NCBI GenBank assembly: GCA_030704615.1
Contig: CM060733.1
Coordinates: 1,736,001-1,800,000, forward strand
DNA length: 64,000 nt
From: Takakia lepidozioides
Lineage: Eukaryota > Plantae > Bryophyta
Direction: 5' to 3'
The notes below the pieces were generated by a model. That model did not search any database, was not told the origin of the DNA, and was given only the letters and a program-made list of their open reading frames with translations. This document shows, in pieces, positions 13,601 to 25,355 of this stretch. The first letter of the stretch is position 1, and each line of letters opens with the position of its first letter. The position numbers and the translations under genes were made by a program.

Positions 13601-15266
13601 TGGGACTCGTGTGTCTCCTCCACGGCCCACTCCTTTGCTGATAGAAGGTTTATTCGCCCTCCCACGGATTTGGGCGTTTCCGACACTCGTAAAACCTCGC
13701 CACCATTCCCACATGGCAGCGTGACTACTCTCTTGCGGCCATCTATGACCGCTCCGGATTTGCTCAAAAAGGTCATTCCCAAAATGAGATCCACTCCATC
13801 GATCTCGCAGATAGTGAAGTTCTCACGTCCCTCCCAACTCCCCAGTTGAAGAGGAACATCAAACGCCAACCTTGTCGCCAACTGAGGTTCTCCTTTGGCA
13901 GAGCGCACCTCAATAGAGGCCCCCACGTCACTTGTCGGGAGTCCCAACTTTCGCGCCGCCGCCGGCGTCATGAAGGAGTGCGACGCTCCTGTGTCCACCA
14001 ACAACGACACATTAGTTCCGGATATTATCCCATCCACGAACAATAACTGACTCCCTTTTCGTAAGGCGCCAGTTTCCTGATACAACTCACAAGAAAATTT
14101 GCCTACCTTGCAAGTCCTGGCGACCACCGCTTCCACCAAGCGACTGATGGTATCTTCCGACAGCTCCGTGGTCGCCCGAGTCATGTTCAATTGCCGGGGC
14201 TTCGTGCACTTCTTGGCCATGTGCCCGGGCTCCCCGCAATTGAAACACACTCCATCAAAGGTCGCCTTCTGTCCGCCATAAGTCGCTCCACCCGCTTTTC
14301 CTTTCGAAGCACCGGGTGCCGCCTTGACGTGTGAAGGACCTCCCTTCGATTTCCACGTGCCATTTTCGCCGCGTGGCCTATCCCACTTCTTTTTTCCGGT
14401 CGGAGGAGTCACCTTCCCGCCGGGTCTTCTTGTGGTTCAGCTCCGTACGGCCTTGTCTCTCACCCCTAGGGACATCCGAGAAACATTCAGCTCTCTCAAT
14501 TGCCTCGTTCAAAGTCTTGGGTGGCTTCTCCTCCAACTTCCGCCTAGCCCATGGGGCCAGTCCCGCCACAAAGTTGAAGACCATTTCTGGTTCTGCCATG
14601 TCCGCGACTTCGAGCAACAGCACATTGAAAGCCTGGACATACCCCGAATGTCATCTGTTTGCTTCAAATTCCTCATCTTGTCCCGGGCAAGCCAGGATGC
14701 GTTGAGGGGCACAAACTGTCTCTTCATCAATTCCTTGAACCACTCCAGTTCAAGGTTTCCGGGCTTGGGCCTCGGTCGTGAAGGCGTTTCTGCCACCATT
14801 GTTGAGCATAGCCCCTCAAATAGGTGGGAGCCACTTCCACCCGATCCTCGTCACTCAACTTGGCCGCCCGGAAGTACTGCTCTAGCTCCAGGAGCCAGGT
14901 GTTGAGTGCCTTCCGGTTTCGAACGCCCTCGAAGGTGCCGGGTTCCTTAGGCTTCACCTTAAACTTTGCCTTGGTGGAAGTGGCATTAGCCGCCTTCAAC
15001 ACGTCTTTCAACGTCCCGCCAAACTGCGCCAACAACCCTTCCCAAAAGGCTGCCGGCATGGGAGGCATCTCTTGGTTTGTCGGAGCTCTCAAAGATTCCT
15101 CGGGCTCCGACTCCTCGGATTCCTCCCGCTCCTGAGCGGCCTCGTTTTCGGAAACATTAATCGCTTCCTCAAACGGCCGCCTCGGTGACACGTCGCCCCC
15201 ATCGGGCTCACCGGGATCATCATCTTTTGGGCCGTTCCGCTTTCGCTTCGGCTTGCCCGACCCCAT
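10657..15266 (-). pseudogene. Chromovirus gag-pol, frameshifted as given: Gag, CCHC knuckle, protease, RT, RNase H, integrase, chromodomain
   Basis: Gag (KPKEPGTFEG..WLLELEQYF), CFNCGEPGHMAKKC, LVDTGASHSF, RT ([15 protein letters not shown]), RNase H (TDASDFAIG), HHCC (CHDSPLAGHGG), integrase (SMDF..TDGQTER), chromodomain YEVEAILKSR..YLVKWKGY..SW. Confidence 0.93.
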
Positions 15267-15307
15267 GATGAGGCCAATCCCAAGGACGATCGCGTACTGA
15301 ACTCTAA

Positions 15308-15319
15308 GCTCTGATACCA
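15308..15319 (-). promoter_or_regulatory. Primer binding site for initiator tRNA-Met
   Basis: Minus strand TGGTATCAGAGC, 2 nt from the 5' LTR. Confidence 0.92.
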
Positions 15320-15321
15320 AG

Positions 15322-16045
15322 TGTCGCACACCTCACTTCGGTAAACTCCCCTTCAAGTCATAGTTACTCGCTTTGATGCGCGCGCCTGACTCCCAACCTG
15401 GCCGCCGGGCCAACTTGGAGTTTCGGCTGCTCACCGGGACATAACGGTCCCCTTCCGCTTCCCTCTAAACCCTCCACCTATTTGGGACTAGGAGAATTCC
15501 CTTTGGTAGATGGCAGTCCGGAACAGCTCCCCACTCTTTGGTCGCTTTCCGGCTCGCTCGCTTACTCACTAGTTTTTGGTCACCAACGGGCTTGCACCGT
15601 TCTCGGGGTTACTACTCCCTATATATACTTCTGTAGCTGTCCGCGGGGGTTTCATAACCAGCCATGCCATTTTATGGCGAACCACCACGAAAACCCTCGA
15701 CTCCCGGTGGTGAGTCGCGGTGAGTCTTGGCCCACTCACCGCGGCCCCAATGGACCGTGATGAGTCCCAAGACTCCCCACGACTCCCACCTCGAGGTCTC
15801 CCCCCATGGTGAGTCCTATGCCACCCCCACTAAGTCCCACTAAGCTACCACCACCCCTTGTGGAGCCACCTCCACCGCAACCCGGTGTGCGGGGCTCCAC
15901 CTAGTGAGCGCCTCCGCCTCCTTGAGTGCCTTGGGCACTCAAAGGGTGCTTCAGCCCCCCATACCTATCGCTGCCGCTGCCCCCACCACAGGGGCAGCCC
16001 CTCATGTGTCCCGACCCCCTGCCCTCAAGGCAAAAGGCCGCGACA
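15322..16045 (-). repeat. 5' LTR of the chromovirus (~724 bp)
   Basis: tgtcgcacacctc...ggccgcgaca followed by the TSD agtag. Confidence 0.95.
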
Positions 16046-16989
16046 AGTAGTGATATGTTTTTCTACACGTTGAACAGCTAGCTGTGCGGCTAATAATGCA
16101 CGTCGTGCTATCCGCACTGCCAATCGATTAGCCCTTGCCTTAGCCTGATGCTCCGTTCTCACGGGGGATTCCCTCATTCCCCATATCCCCTTCTTCTTTA
16201 TCGAGAACACAAGACGATCGCCCTGATTTCTTGAGACAGACAATTCGAGTGTCGTTCCCTGGTCCTCTTGCTTAGGTGGGAGTTGGATCGGCTCCTCCTT
16301 GACTATCGCCAGTGCTAACATCGCCGTCTTGAGGTTGGATGGATGGGCAGGGGATCGACGGTTCGGGGGAGCACCACGTGGCAGAGAGGGGGGGTGGGGG
16401 TGGGGGATCACTCCCGAGACGGGGGATCAACCTAGGGATGAGGGGATCAAGGGGGGCAAACTTGGGATGGGCGGAGGGATCGTGCTGGGGGATCGATGGG
16501 GGACTGGCGATGGAGAGCATTCGGGGATGGAAGTGCGATTGGTGGGGCCACATCAGGGACGGGTGAGGGGATGGGGGGCAGCGGGCTGGCGGGGGCTGGC
16601 GGAGGGTCGGGGGGGGGATGATTTGACATGGGGCGTCCAGCTCGCCGACGAGCCTGCCGGGAGGGGGCGTTCCCGCCAATACCTCGCGGGCCGTACCTGT
16701 CAGCTCACACACTTGCAATCAAATCAAGCCACATACATATTGGGACCGGAAAAGCAAAATGGATGCAAGGTCGCATCCAAGTTTCTACCTTAGAAAAAAG
16801 CAGACAACAGAGGAGGGGAAATGAGGATAGCAGTCCCCCCCCTCAAATCAATGAGCTTCATTAGCAGGCGAGAAGGAAGAGCTCAAAGCCAAAATTTTAC
16901 TGGCATGTAACTTATGCTCTTGCAAAAACAATTACATTTGAGAGCCTCAAACTGGAGGCCCACAATTGAAGTTGAAGATGGCGTTGACA

Positions 16990-17165
16990 ACCAAGTTGTA
17001 GCGGTAATGGGCACATACCACCTCGGAAGTGGTTGGGGGTTCAATCCACCCTTGGTGTCACAAAGGTGTCCACCTTCCTAGCGGAAGGCAGTAATCCTTC
17101 CGGGATGAAGTGACACCATAATTTAGGCTTCCTTGGGGAGGCGTCAAATATTAAATGTTAATATT
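16990..17165 (+). mobile_element. Putative tRNA-derived SINE, copy 1
   Basis: A-box-like TAGCGGTAATGG (16999-17010), B-box-like GGTTCAATCC (17038-17047) and an AT-rich tail; homologous to the reverse complement of 25201-25355. Confidence 0.55.
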
Positions 17166-18006
17166 ATTGAAGACTGCGGCGCTTAGGCATGGAAGCCTCC
17201 GACCCAATGCCTCGGATGTTCCAGGAGGTAAGCGAGCAAGTCATGGGGGGTGAATGGTGAAGCCCATGGAAGATCCATCAAATGATGGCTTGACAAGGTG
17301 AACCGACGTCTGTGAGCAGGAGGCAAGGTGTGGATCCATCTGAACCCAGTAGGTGGTGGAAATTTGCAGGCCCTGATGAATCCCATCACAGTGGAACCAG
17401 CATTCGCTCCTGTTCCTGAGCCACGGCTTTTCGGCTGGGTGCCCAGGTGGAAGAAAACCTTGCCTCTTATTGCTTATCCCATCTAAGATTCTGAAGTGGG
17501 ATTCGTTTGTTTGCATTGCTACGGACCACAATGTCTTCAATACCTCTCCGGTGAGGGCCCATCATTTATGCATCTGAAGCCCATCTAAATACCTTCTTAC
17601 TAGCTGCAGCGGCCACCATCCACCAGCGTTATCTAAGCAATTGTTGGCATCATGTTCCAGAGACACTACTGTTCTTCAAGCCTCAACCACCTCACCTTCG
17701 TCTCTACCCTCCTGGATACACGCTCCTATTGTCGATACGGCTTCCCCTATGAACATTTGCTTCTCCACACAGCCCCACAATCCAAACCTGCTTGGTAGAA
17801 TCGAAGTACGAAAGACAAGAGACCATACGGTTCAAGTGCAACTGTGAAAAGCTACGAGACGATCCAAAAACAACATTGACTGTCATTTTCGTCACATGTC
17901 CTCGACACTTGGCTGTCGTCTCCTTGGGGGCCATCGTAGTGTGTAGGTGGAGTGAGGCTGGTCATGGCGATGGAGATCTGACTGCTGGTGATCCGCGAGG
18001 AAGGGG

Positions 18007-20692
18007 ATGGGATCACCCAAAGCCCGGCCAGACTCGCGAACTAGGCGCGCTGCGGTGCGATGGGCCCGCTGCTGCTATCGCCTTCTATACATGCTCATGC
18101 TCGTGGCTTCCGTGTATGCAGTGCTTTCTTACTTCCGGCCTTCACCTTCTTTCTCTGCTAGGGGTAGGACATCCATTACCCTCCTCCTATGCTTCCTCTG
18201 CTTTCTGTAATGAGCTGCCATTGCAGTATACGGACCAGGACACTCGTTCAACTGAATGCAACAATGCCCCTTTGCAGCTGTGTAACTTATCGGCTCAGTG
18301 TGCAAGTAGATTGCTCTGTGCATGTACATTCTCTCCGTTCTTCCAAACCTTGAAGGAGTCTGCAAATCGCACTCTTCTCCGGCGTGTGAATATCATTCTC
18401 AAAGTTGGGAGAGGAGTGTGTATGCAGAGGTGGCAGAGCAGGAACCCCTCACCCAACCCAGACATCCCTGTTGCAGCAGTTGTACAATGAGACCGTGACT
18501 GTTGTTCCGCTCTCTCGAACAGAGCGGGAGCAGCTGCGGTGGGTGGACAAACCCAATTCCCTGTGCTTTGGCCTTGGCAATGTCACCATTCTCTCTGTGG
18601 CAGTTGGCCTTCCACAGGTATACCGATTTCCAACTTTATCTTAGTTCAGTTTATGTTTGTAGTGTATGTAGAGACAGCACGACATACCTTCCATTGGGTA
18701 CCATTGACCCTAAGTCCAGCAGGATGCATGCTTTGAAACTCGCAGTTCCTTAGCGCTCACACACAGGCAGTGCAATCCTGGTAGGGGCGGTTCCAATTAG
18801 GGCTGGCTTTGACATCCCTTTACCTTCTCAAAGATGTTACACATGAGGCTCTGGTTGCATTTCAGCAGACCGAAAGTTCCAGTGTAGTCCTTTGTCTAGC
18901 ACAGCTGATTGCCCTGCTAGGCACATCACTGGGGCTACAGGCAGAGAGAGGGAGAGGGAGTACTGACAGATCACAGGGTGCTGTGATTGCAGTTTCCCTA
19001 TGCCATCTGCATTGATCACCCATGGCAGATTACACAGATCTATTGATGTCAATGTGGCTCTTTTCTGGGAGACAACTGAATTTCAGTGAAATGTTGGGAA
19101 CCTCTAAACAAACCTTTCTTGTGTCTTGGTACACTGCAAGGCACAGACTTTCAAAAGCCAACATTTGTCCGAGCCTGGTGCACTCAGTCTCAAGACATAG
19201 GTCTTTTCATGTTTTTGCGAGAATTTGGAAGAACAAGATTGACCTCCTGCATAGATTTTACATTTAGCATCTTTAAGCCTGTCGGACACTATTGATGAAG
19301 TCTACCCTATTGCATGTCCTCAGATGGGTTGGATTGAATGTCACTACTGTTAATGATGGCGTACTGAGACAGGATGTAGGCCCGTACTGGTTATTCATCA
19401 TGGGATGGAACAGCAAACTCATGTTTTGTGGGTGTAACTCCTGCTTGCAATATAATGTGTGCATTCTCTCTCACTCTTAATTGACATTTGTAGTGTAGGT
19501 TTTTGCAAGTGAGGAGATTAGGGTTAAGGAATGAGACTAAGGCAATGGGGCAGAGAAAGTGACCTGAATCTGGCAGCAGGGATGGTGCTTTGATGACAGG
19601 CCTACTTAGTGCAGTTACGCACAAACAGATTGTCATATGCAGCCTTGCATGGCTATCGGTACTGTGAAGTTTCTACAAGTCTGGATTCTTCTCGTCCCAT
19701 CTCTTGGACCAAAGTCAAGGCCATGCAGCTGTTGCTGAGCTTTGCGGACATAGTGGTGGCAATGGAAGCTGATGCAATTATAAGAAACAAATCCATAACT
19801 GTGGAGAGTATCCTGAGCTTGCATCAATATAATGTGTCTGGCAAAGATGTTATTTACACCTCTCATTTTATGTATAGTCGCGATGCTGATCCCCATCCCA
19901 AGGCCTTCATTAACACAGGTGTCTACATCATGCAGAGCACTCCCTGGACAAAGGTTAGTTATTTCATTTGCACTTCCTTGGTGCTAAGGGATAGGCAGAG
20001 TTTATCCCCCTAAAGCTACTGTGAGTATATCATAGATGTCAACACTGGATCATTTGTAAGCAGTAGAAGTGCAGACCACATTTCTGAGATGCACACAGTG
20101 CACATGTTGCAATTCCTTTTACTTTCATGAGGTTGCGTGCTTCTGAGTTGCATGTGTTTGGGTATGTTTGTAGAGCAGGCTTATCTGGAGATTCAGTACC
20201 AGTTTTACAGGACAGCCCTCTTTCAAAAAAATGTGGAGCATCATGCAGTGAGGTTGTATTGCATGAAGTACTTGGACAAATTCACTGAACATGTGGCCAT
20301 CATTCCTTTTCGGTACCTTTCACTTTGACTTTGTTTGCCTATTCAAGATTGTTGGTCTCTTTCTGAGCACCCAAAAGAATGTTCATTATATGGAATGGTA
20401 TTGGGATACAGCTTAGGTGCAAAGATAGGAGTGAAAGCAACAACTTGGAGAGTCTTATGTATGGTCAGAGGGTCAGAATATACAACTTGTTGGTTGAGGG
20501 TGAAAAAGTTTCAGTGAAGAATATGAAAGATTCTGATGTTTGGAAAGGATGATCTGCAGGTATATGAATAGTCCGTCAAGTCGTGAGTACGACAAATATG
20601 AGGAGGGAGACTTTGTTGTGCATTATGCTGATGAACATTGCCTTGAGAAGTATGAGCGTCTAGCTACTTTGCTTGCCTCTACTAATGCTTAA
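18007..20692 (+). CDS. GT34-family (GMA12/MNN10/XXT-like) glycosyltransferase, type II membrane protein; predicted exons 18007-18163, 18442-18617, 19600-19953, 20179-20312, 20560-20692
   Basis: N-terminal TM segment (LLYMLMLVASVYAVLSYF); motifs NRLSYAALHGY, SWTKVKAM, MEADA (DxD position), FINTGVYIMQSTPWT and GDFVVHY; in-phase GT-AG introns; stop TAA at 20690-20692. The exon 2 acceptor is the least certain boundary. Confidence 0.8.
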
Positions 20693-21165
20693 AGTCTCAG
20701 TTCATGTTCTCATGGTCTTTCTGCCCCTGATCTTCCACTGGACGCATGTGAATGATAAAGCCTGTAAGGTACTGTTCTTGCGGATCCTTGGAGCTACGTT
20801 ATGAGGCCCTTCAATGTGCTGTATTTCAGATAGGAAATTAGAAGATTCTGGCAGAAATTAGTTTTGTGCAGTGCCATAATTTGCGCTGTGACATAATTCG
20901 TTTAACCTCTAATGTACTGCACAATTATAGTTGTAGCCTACAGTGGACCAAAAATGCTGTCACAACACTTTTATTGGGACCTTGAGTAGTTGTAAATTGT
21001 CATACTCCAAAATTGCAATGCTAATAGCAAAAAGGGACCATAAGGATTTGTTTTAGTCCATTTACAAAGCCATTATCGGACTTTTTAAACACGGTTCATA
21101 ACAGAATTCAGAAAAAGGACTTTGACCAAATGGGCATTGAAAGATGAAGAATGTAAAGTAAGAAC

Positions 21166-21669
21166 CAGAGTTGTGGTATCAGGTTCAGGACATACCAGAC
21201 TGGTCCTGGTACCAGACATATCACAAAACTTTTATACCAGTTTGGTCTCTATAATGGTGGATGTATTTTTTTTCTAGATAATGGTATGAGTATGAGTGTC
21301 ATGACCACAACACCAGCTGTTACGAGATATCAATTCTGGTATCATTCCAAAGTCATCTTGATTTACAAGTTTATCAAATAGCAAGTATCAAGTGAAAATA
21401 AATACAATACAAATAAAGAAATAAATATACATAAGTACAAGTATGTAGGCATATGCACATATAAATTAGTATAATACACATACCACAGTAAATGAGGAAG
21501 ACGGCGGGGAAAACTGGTATTGTGGCTGGTATGAAAAAATTGACACCAACCTGGTCTGGTATATGAGCAAGTATTCTCCCAAATGATACCAGACTGGTCT
21601 GGTATCTGATACCAGTGCATATACTGATACTTTATACCAGTCCTTCACCTATATACCAGAACAACACTG
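21166..21669. mobile_element. hAT-type MITE
   Basis: Termini cagagttgt...acaacactg (imperfect TIR), 8-bp TSD gtaagaac/gcaagaac (7 of 8 match), many internal ATACCAG/CTGGTAT subterminal motifs. Confidence 0.75.
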
Positions 21670-21689
21670 GCAAGAACATTCAATGATTT

Positions 21690-24118
21690 TTATTTTTTTT
21701 TTTCTTTGAAAAAGGGGACTAAGGCCCGGTTAATCAAATTAAAGAGGAAAACAGGAAAAAATTAACAGGGAAAAAATAACTGTGGGGGCCATGAAGGCAA
21801 TACAGCTAGGATACCACCGTAACCACAGTACTAAATCGTCATGATAGAGCATGGAGCTTTGTAGAAGCAAGAGCTCCCAAAGCCGAAAGACCAAAGTCGG
21901 GAAGTGACCAAAAGAGATTAAAGTGGAAAAAAGACCATTCCGAGTAGGGGAAATCATGACCATGGATCAAACAAAAACCAAAGAGCACTTAAGTCCCAAA
22001 ATCTAACTAGACCTTGCTCCTGATAGGACGCACTTTGCGGTGCCTCCAATTGACTTCTCCATCTTCCATGTCACCCAGCGGGCTCCCATGCAGTGGAGAG
22101 AGAGTCGTGCCAGAAAATGCCCGAGTCTGACAACTTGGTGTAGAGGATGTTGCTCTTACTGCATGCACTCTTCATAGAGAGTTCTGCAAATAGTGAGCAA
22201 AGAAAACATTTTTTATTTTTATTTTTTATTTTTGTCCAATCTTTTGCATGGATGTAGTGGTGCAAGGGTTGAATTCAAAGAACAAAATAGAGCCAAAAAT
22301 AAAAACATTACGCCCCTCAAATCTAGGATAAACAAAATCTTGGAGAAGTTTTTGTCTCCTTGTCTTTGAACATTTTCAAAATCTACAACAAGCACCCCCC
22401 ATGTCTTTCTTCCCTCAGTATTCATATCCTTATGAAATCTGAACATAATAGGTCTAATGTTGCGGCTAGATCCTCCAAAAGTAAAAGCACAGCAAGATAT
22501 CCAAATCTGCCATAAAGAGAGAGCCCGCAAAGAAGCCCAGACCGGGCAAGAAATCCACGAAGCCCCCATTGAGGACATTGAGCAGAGTGAGAGCATAATT
22601 TCCAAACGGAGGACGCTGCGAAGGGGAGTAGAAATCGAACTGCCAAACGATAGATGCACGAGGGCAAGAAAAAAAGACAATGCTCAATGGTCTCATCAAT
22701 GATGGGAGAGCAGATAAGACAAGTGGGGGCGAGGGAGGAAATTGCACAAGCCACAGGGAGGATCATGTTCATTATTTTTTCCACAAAAACGCACTAATCT
22801 TGGCAAATCGGTCATTCCTCTAGACTTCCTTCCACACCTGTGTCGAGACACCATCCGAGAGCCCAGGGGGGCATTTTTTTGTTATAGTCAATAGTGCGTT
22901 GATGGGCAGGCCTGAGAGGGGAGTAGTCAATTTTCGTAGTATAGCCAAGGAAAGAGGTTCGCTTATTATCCATCCATGACCATTCCCAAGATCAAACTGC
23001 AAGGTTGAGATGGAAAAACAAAGGAACCAGCGCAGACGAACATTGTGGAGCCAAGCGGCTTCTCCCCCCAATAGGGGGGAAGGGGTTAACCATCCCAGAA
23101 AGAAAATCAGATAACCCGAATGTCCTCTAAACCATGTCTTTCAATGCTGGTATAGGGCAGGTGAGGCTGAGCCACCCCCGGCGGCCACCCTGAAGGCTAG
23201 ACCACAAGCCAAATCACCCTAAAAATCTTGGGCCAGTAAAACCGGGAACGGGTGATGCAAAAGGCAAGATCCAACCTAGCAAGGGTCCTGAAGGCAAGTT
23301 CACACGGCAAAAATCCGTCCGTCCCATCTAGCCATAGTGGTGGGCCCTCCGCACGTGTGGAGGGGACGGACGGACTGACGGTGCAACATGTTCACATGCA
23401 ATAGTACACACGTGATGCAACATATAAGTTTAGCAAGAGAAGCTCTCATAAAGAGCCCTCCGGCTAAACCCTACACACATGTTTTAGCCATGATAGCCAG
23501 GGAGAAGGAAGGATGGACAGCGACGGACAGCGGGAAGTACCTACAGTGGCCAGGCCGTCCGTCCCTTCCTCGCCGTCACGTTCCTCAAGGGTGGACCCCG
23601 GCCCGCCACACCCGCTGCACCCGCCACGCGTCCGCCAATTCGTTTGCACCAGCACAAGCTAAGCTAAAAAATGCTAAAGTGATGAGGCCCCAGCTGAGAC
23701 CGATGACCTCCACACCAACAAGATTATTAAGCAGATCCAGCGAAAGTAATAACCATTTTCCCAAATATGGGTGACATGCACACACACCAGCCCTTCCCAA
23801 AAAGCCCACTTCTGGTGAGGAGGAGAGGCTCCGAGTCAAGTTCTAATTCCCAAACATAACGGCAACGAAGAGCTTCAACATAACTGGAGGGCAATCTCTG
23901 AGTCAAGAAAGAACGACAGTGAGTCCAAGCTAACCAAATTGACTTCCACACTTCAGAACCAAGAATGGAGGGTCTGGAGTCACCTTACACAATCCATCGT
24001 AAAGAGGGAGCCCACTGCAGGGAGTTATTGGGGAAGGAGCGGATAAGGTGGGGCTTGACGAGCTTACACTAGGGGCTATTGAGATGGGAGAACACCCTAG
24101 GAATCCACTTAGCAAGTA
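21690..24118 (-). mobile_element. Degenerate L1-like LINE 3' remnant with internal interruptions
   Basis: Poly-T run at ~21690-21705 (poly-A tail on the minus strand); Trp-rich post-RT-like fragments (WKSIWLAWTHCR..LPSSYVEALRC; IFWHDSLS). No RT motif is visible. Confidence 0.4.
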
Positions 24119-25200
24119 AGGCTTTTATTTGAGCTTCAGTATTAAAGAAAAAAAAAGTTTATGTACTTTTTGGTACCTCCACAAAAGCTGATTCCATAAA
24201 GTCCCTCATTATTAAAATTCTTTTTAATATATTTAAAATTCTTTTTAAGTAACTTTATTCACTAAACATTTACGTTTCCTTAGAATCGAAGTCCAATGGA
24301 CTTTTTGCTTTTTTTGGGTTATGGACTGAAGATTGCAAAGAAAAGGATAGACATTCATCTGTTTGACGATTCAAATCACCGCTCATAATGATTCTACACT
24401 GTCAACTCTATCAATAATGGACAGTTTAGAGCAATTCAACTGGGCACATCCAAACGGCCTATTTTATTTTATTTTTTAATATTTATATCTTATGTACTTA
24501 AGGGACCCATGGTGTGTTTCATTTTGGTCCAACGTAGGCTGCAACTACCCCCAACCCGCTTTGAGTCGCTCTCTTTTTTCGAACAACCATAACTTCCTGA
24601 CTCTGGGTACCATTGAAGGGCGGCCAACAAGAAAATTATATTAACATTGAGTTTCAAATGACATTGCCCAAGCTTCATTGATCAAAGTTATGGCTGCTCG
24701 AAGTCCGAAATTCATGAAAGGGCATCGGAGAGAGATTATCTGTCCGCCGGCCTTCCCACTTGGAAAGGAGGGGTGCAAGCGGTCCAACCCCTACGCTCAC
24801 CCACAATGAAGCAGCATGCCTGGGCAGGTATGTGGCCCTTCGTGCCCACAAACAGAGGGCTGCTCTGAAATTAGAGGTTGGGGGGTAGCCCCAACGAAGG
24901 CTTCATATCCATGGATTTCATGCATGTTTGAGGATGAATTTTCCAACTGGACAAGAAACCTTGTCACTCATCATTTTGATAAAATCGTTGCTTGTATTGT
25001 TTTTATATGAAAAGTGTGACTACATGCCCAAAATCTCTTAACCCTTAAACACTAGGTGTATTTTATTGATTTTTTTGGACAAGGATACCCACAACATGAG
25101 AAATACCTATAAAATTCAAAAAAACAAGTGATATGCCATTACGACTGATTTTATATGAGATTGGTGTGAATATGTACCCCAATCATAAGTGGATTGGTAA

Positions 25201-25355
25201 AAACAAATATAGACGCCTCCCGAAGGAAGCGTAAATTATGGTGTCTCTTCACCACAAGGGCTACTGCCTTCCAATTGAAAGGTGGACACCTTCATGACAC
25301 ACCAGACCGTGGTTTGAACCCACAACCACATCCAATGTGGTATGTGCCCATTACC
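25201..25355 (-). mobile_element. Putative tRNA-derived SINE, copy 2, with a 13-bp TSD
   Basis: Flanked by the direct repeat agtggattggtaa (25188-25200 and 25356-25368); minus-strand B-box-like GGTTCAAACC; T-rich 3' end; homologous to ~17003-17146. Confidence 0.65.

Larger units (their letters stand above)
9095..16045 (-). mobile_element. Full-length Ty3/gypsy chromovirus LTR retrotransposon
   Basis: Two near-identical LTRs with TGTCGC...GCGACA ends, a 5-bp TSD AGTAG (9090-9094 and 16046-16050), iMet PBS, PPT, and gag-PR-RT-RH-INT-chromodomain on the minus strand. Confidence 0.97.
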
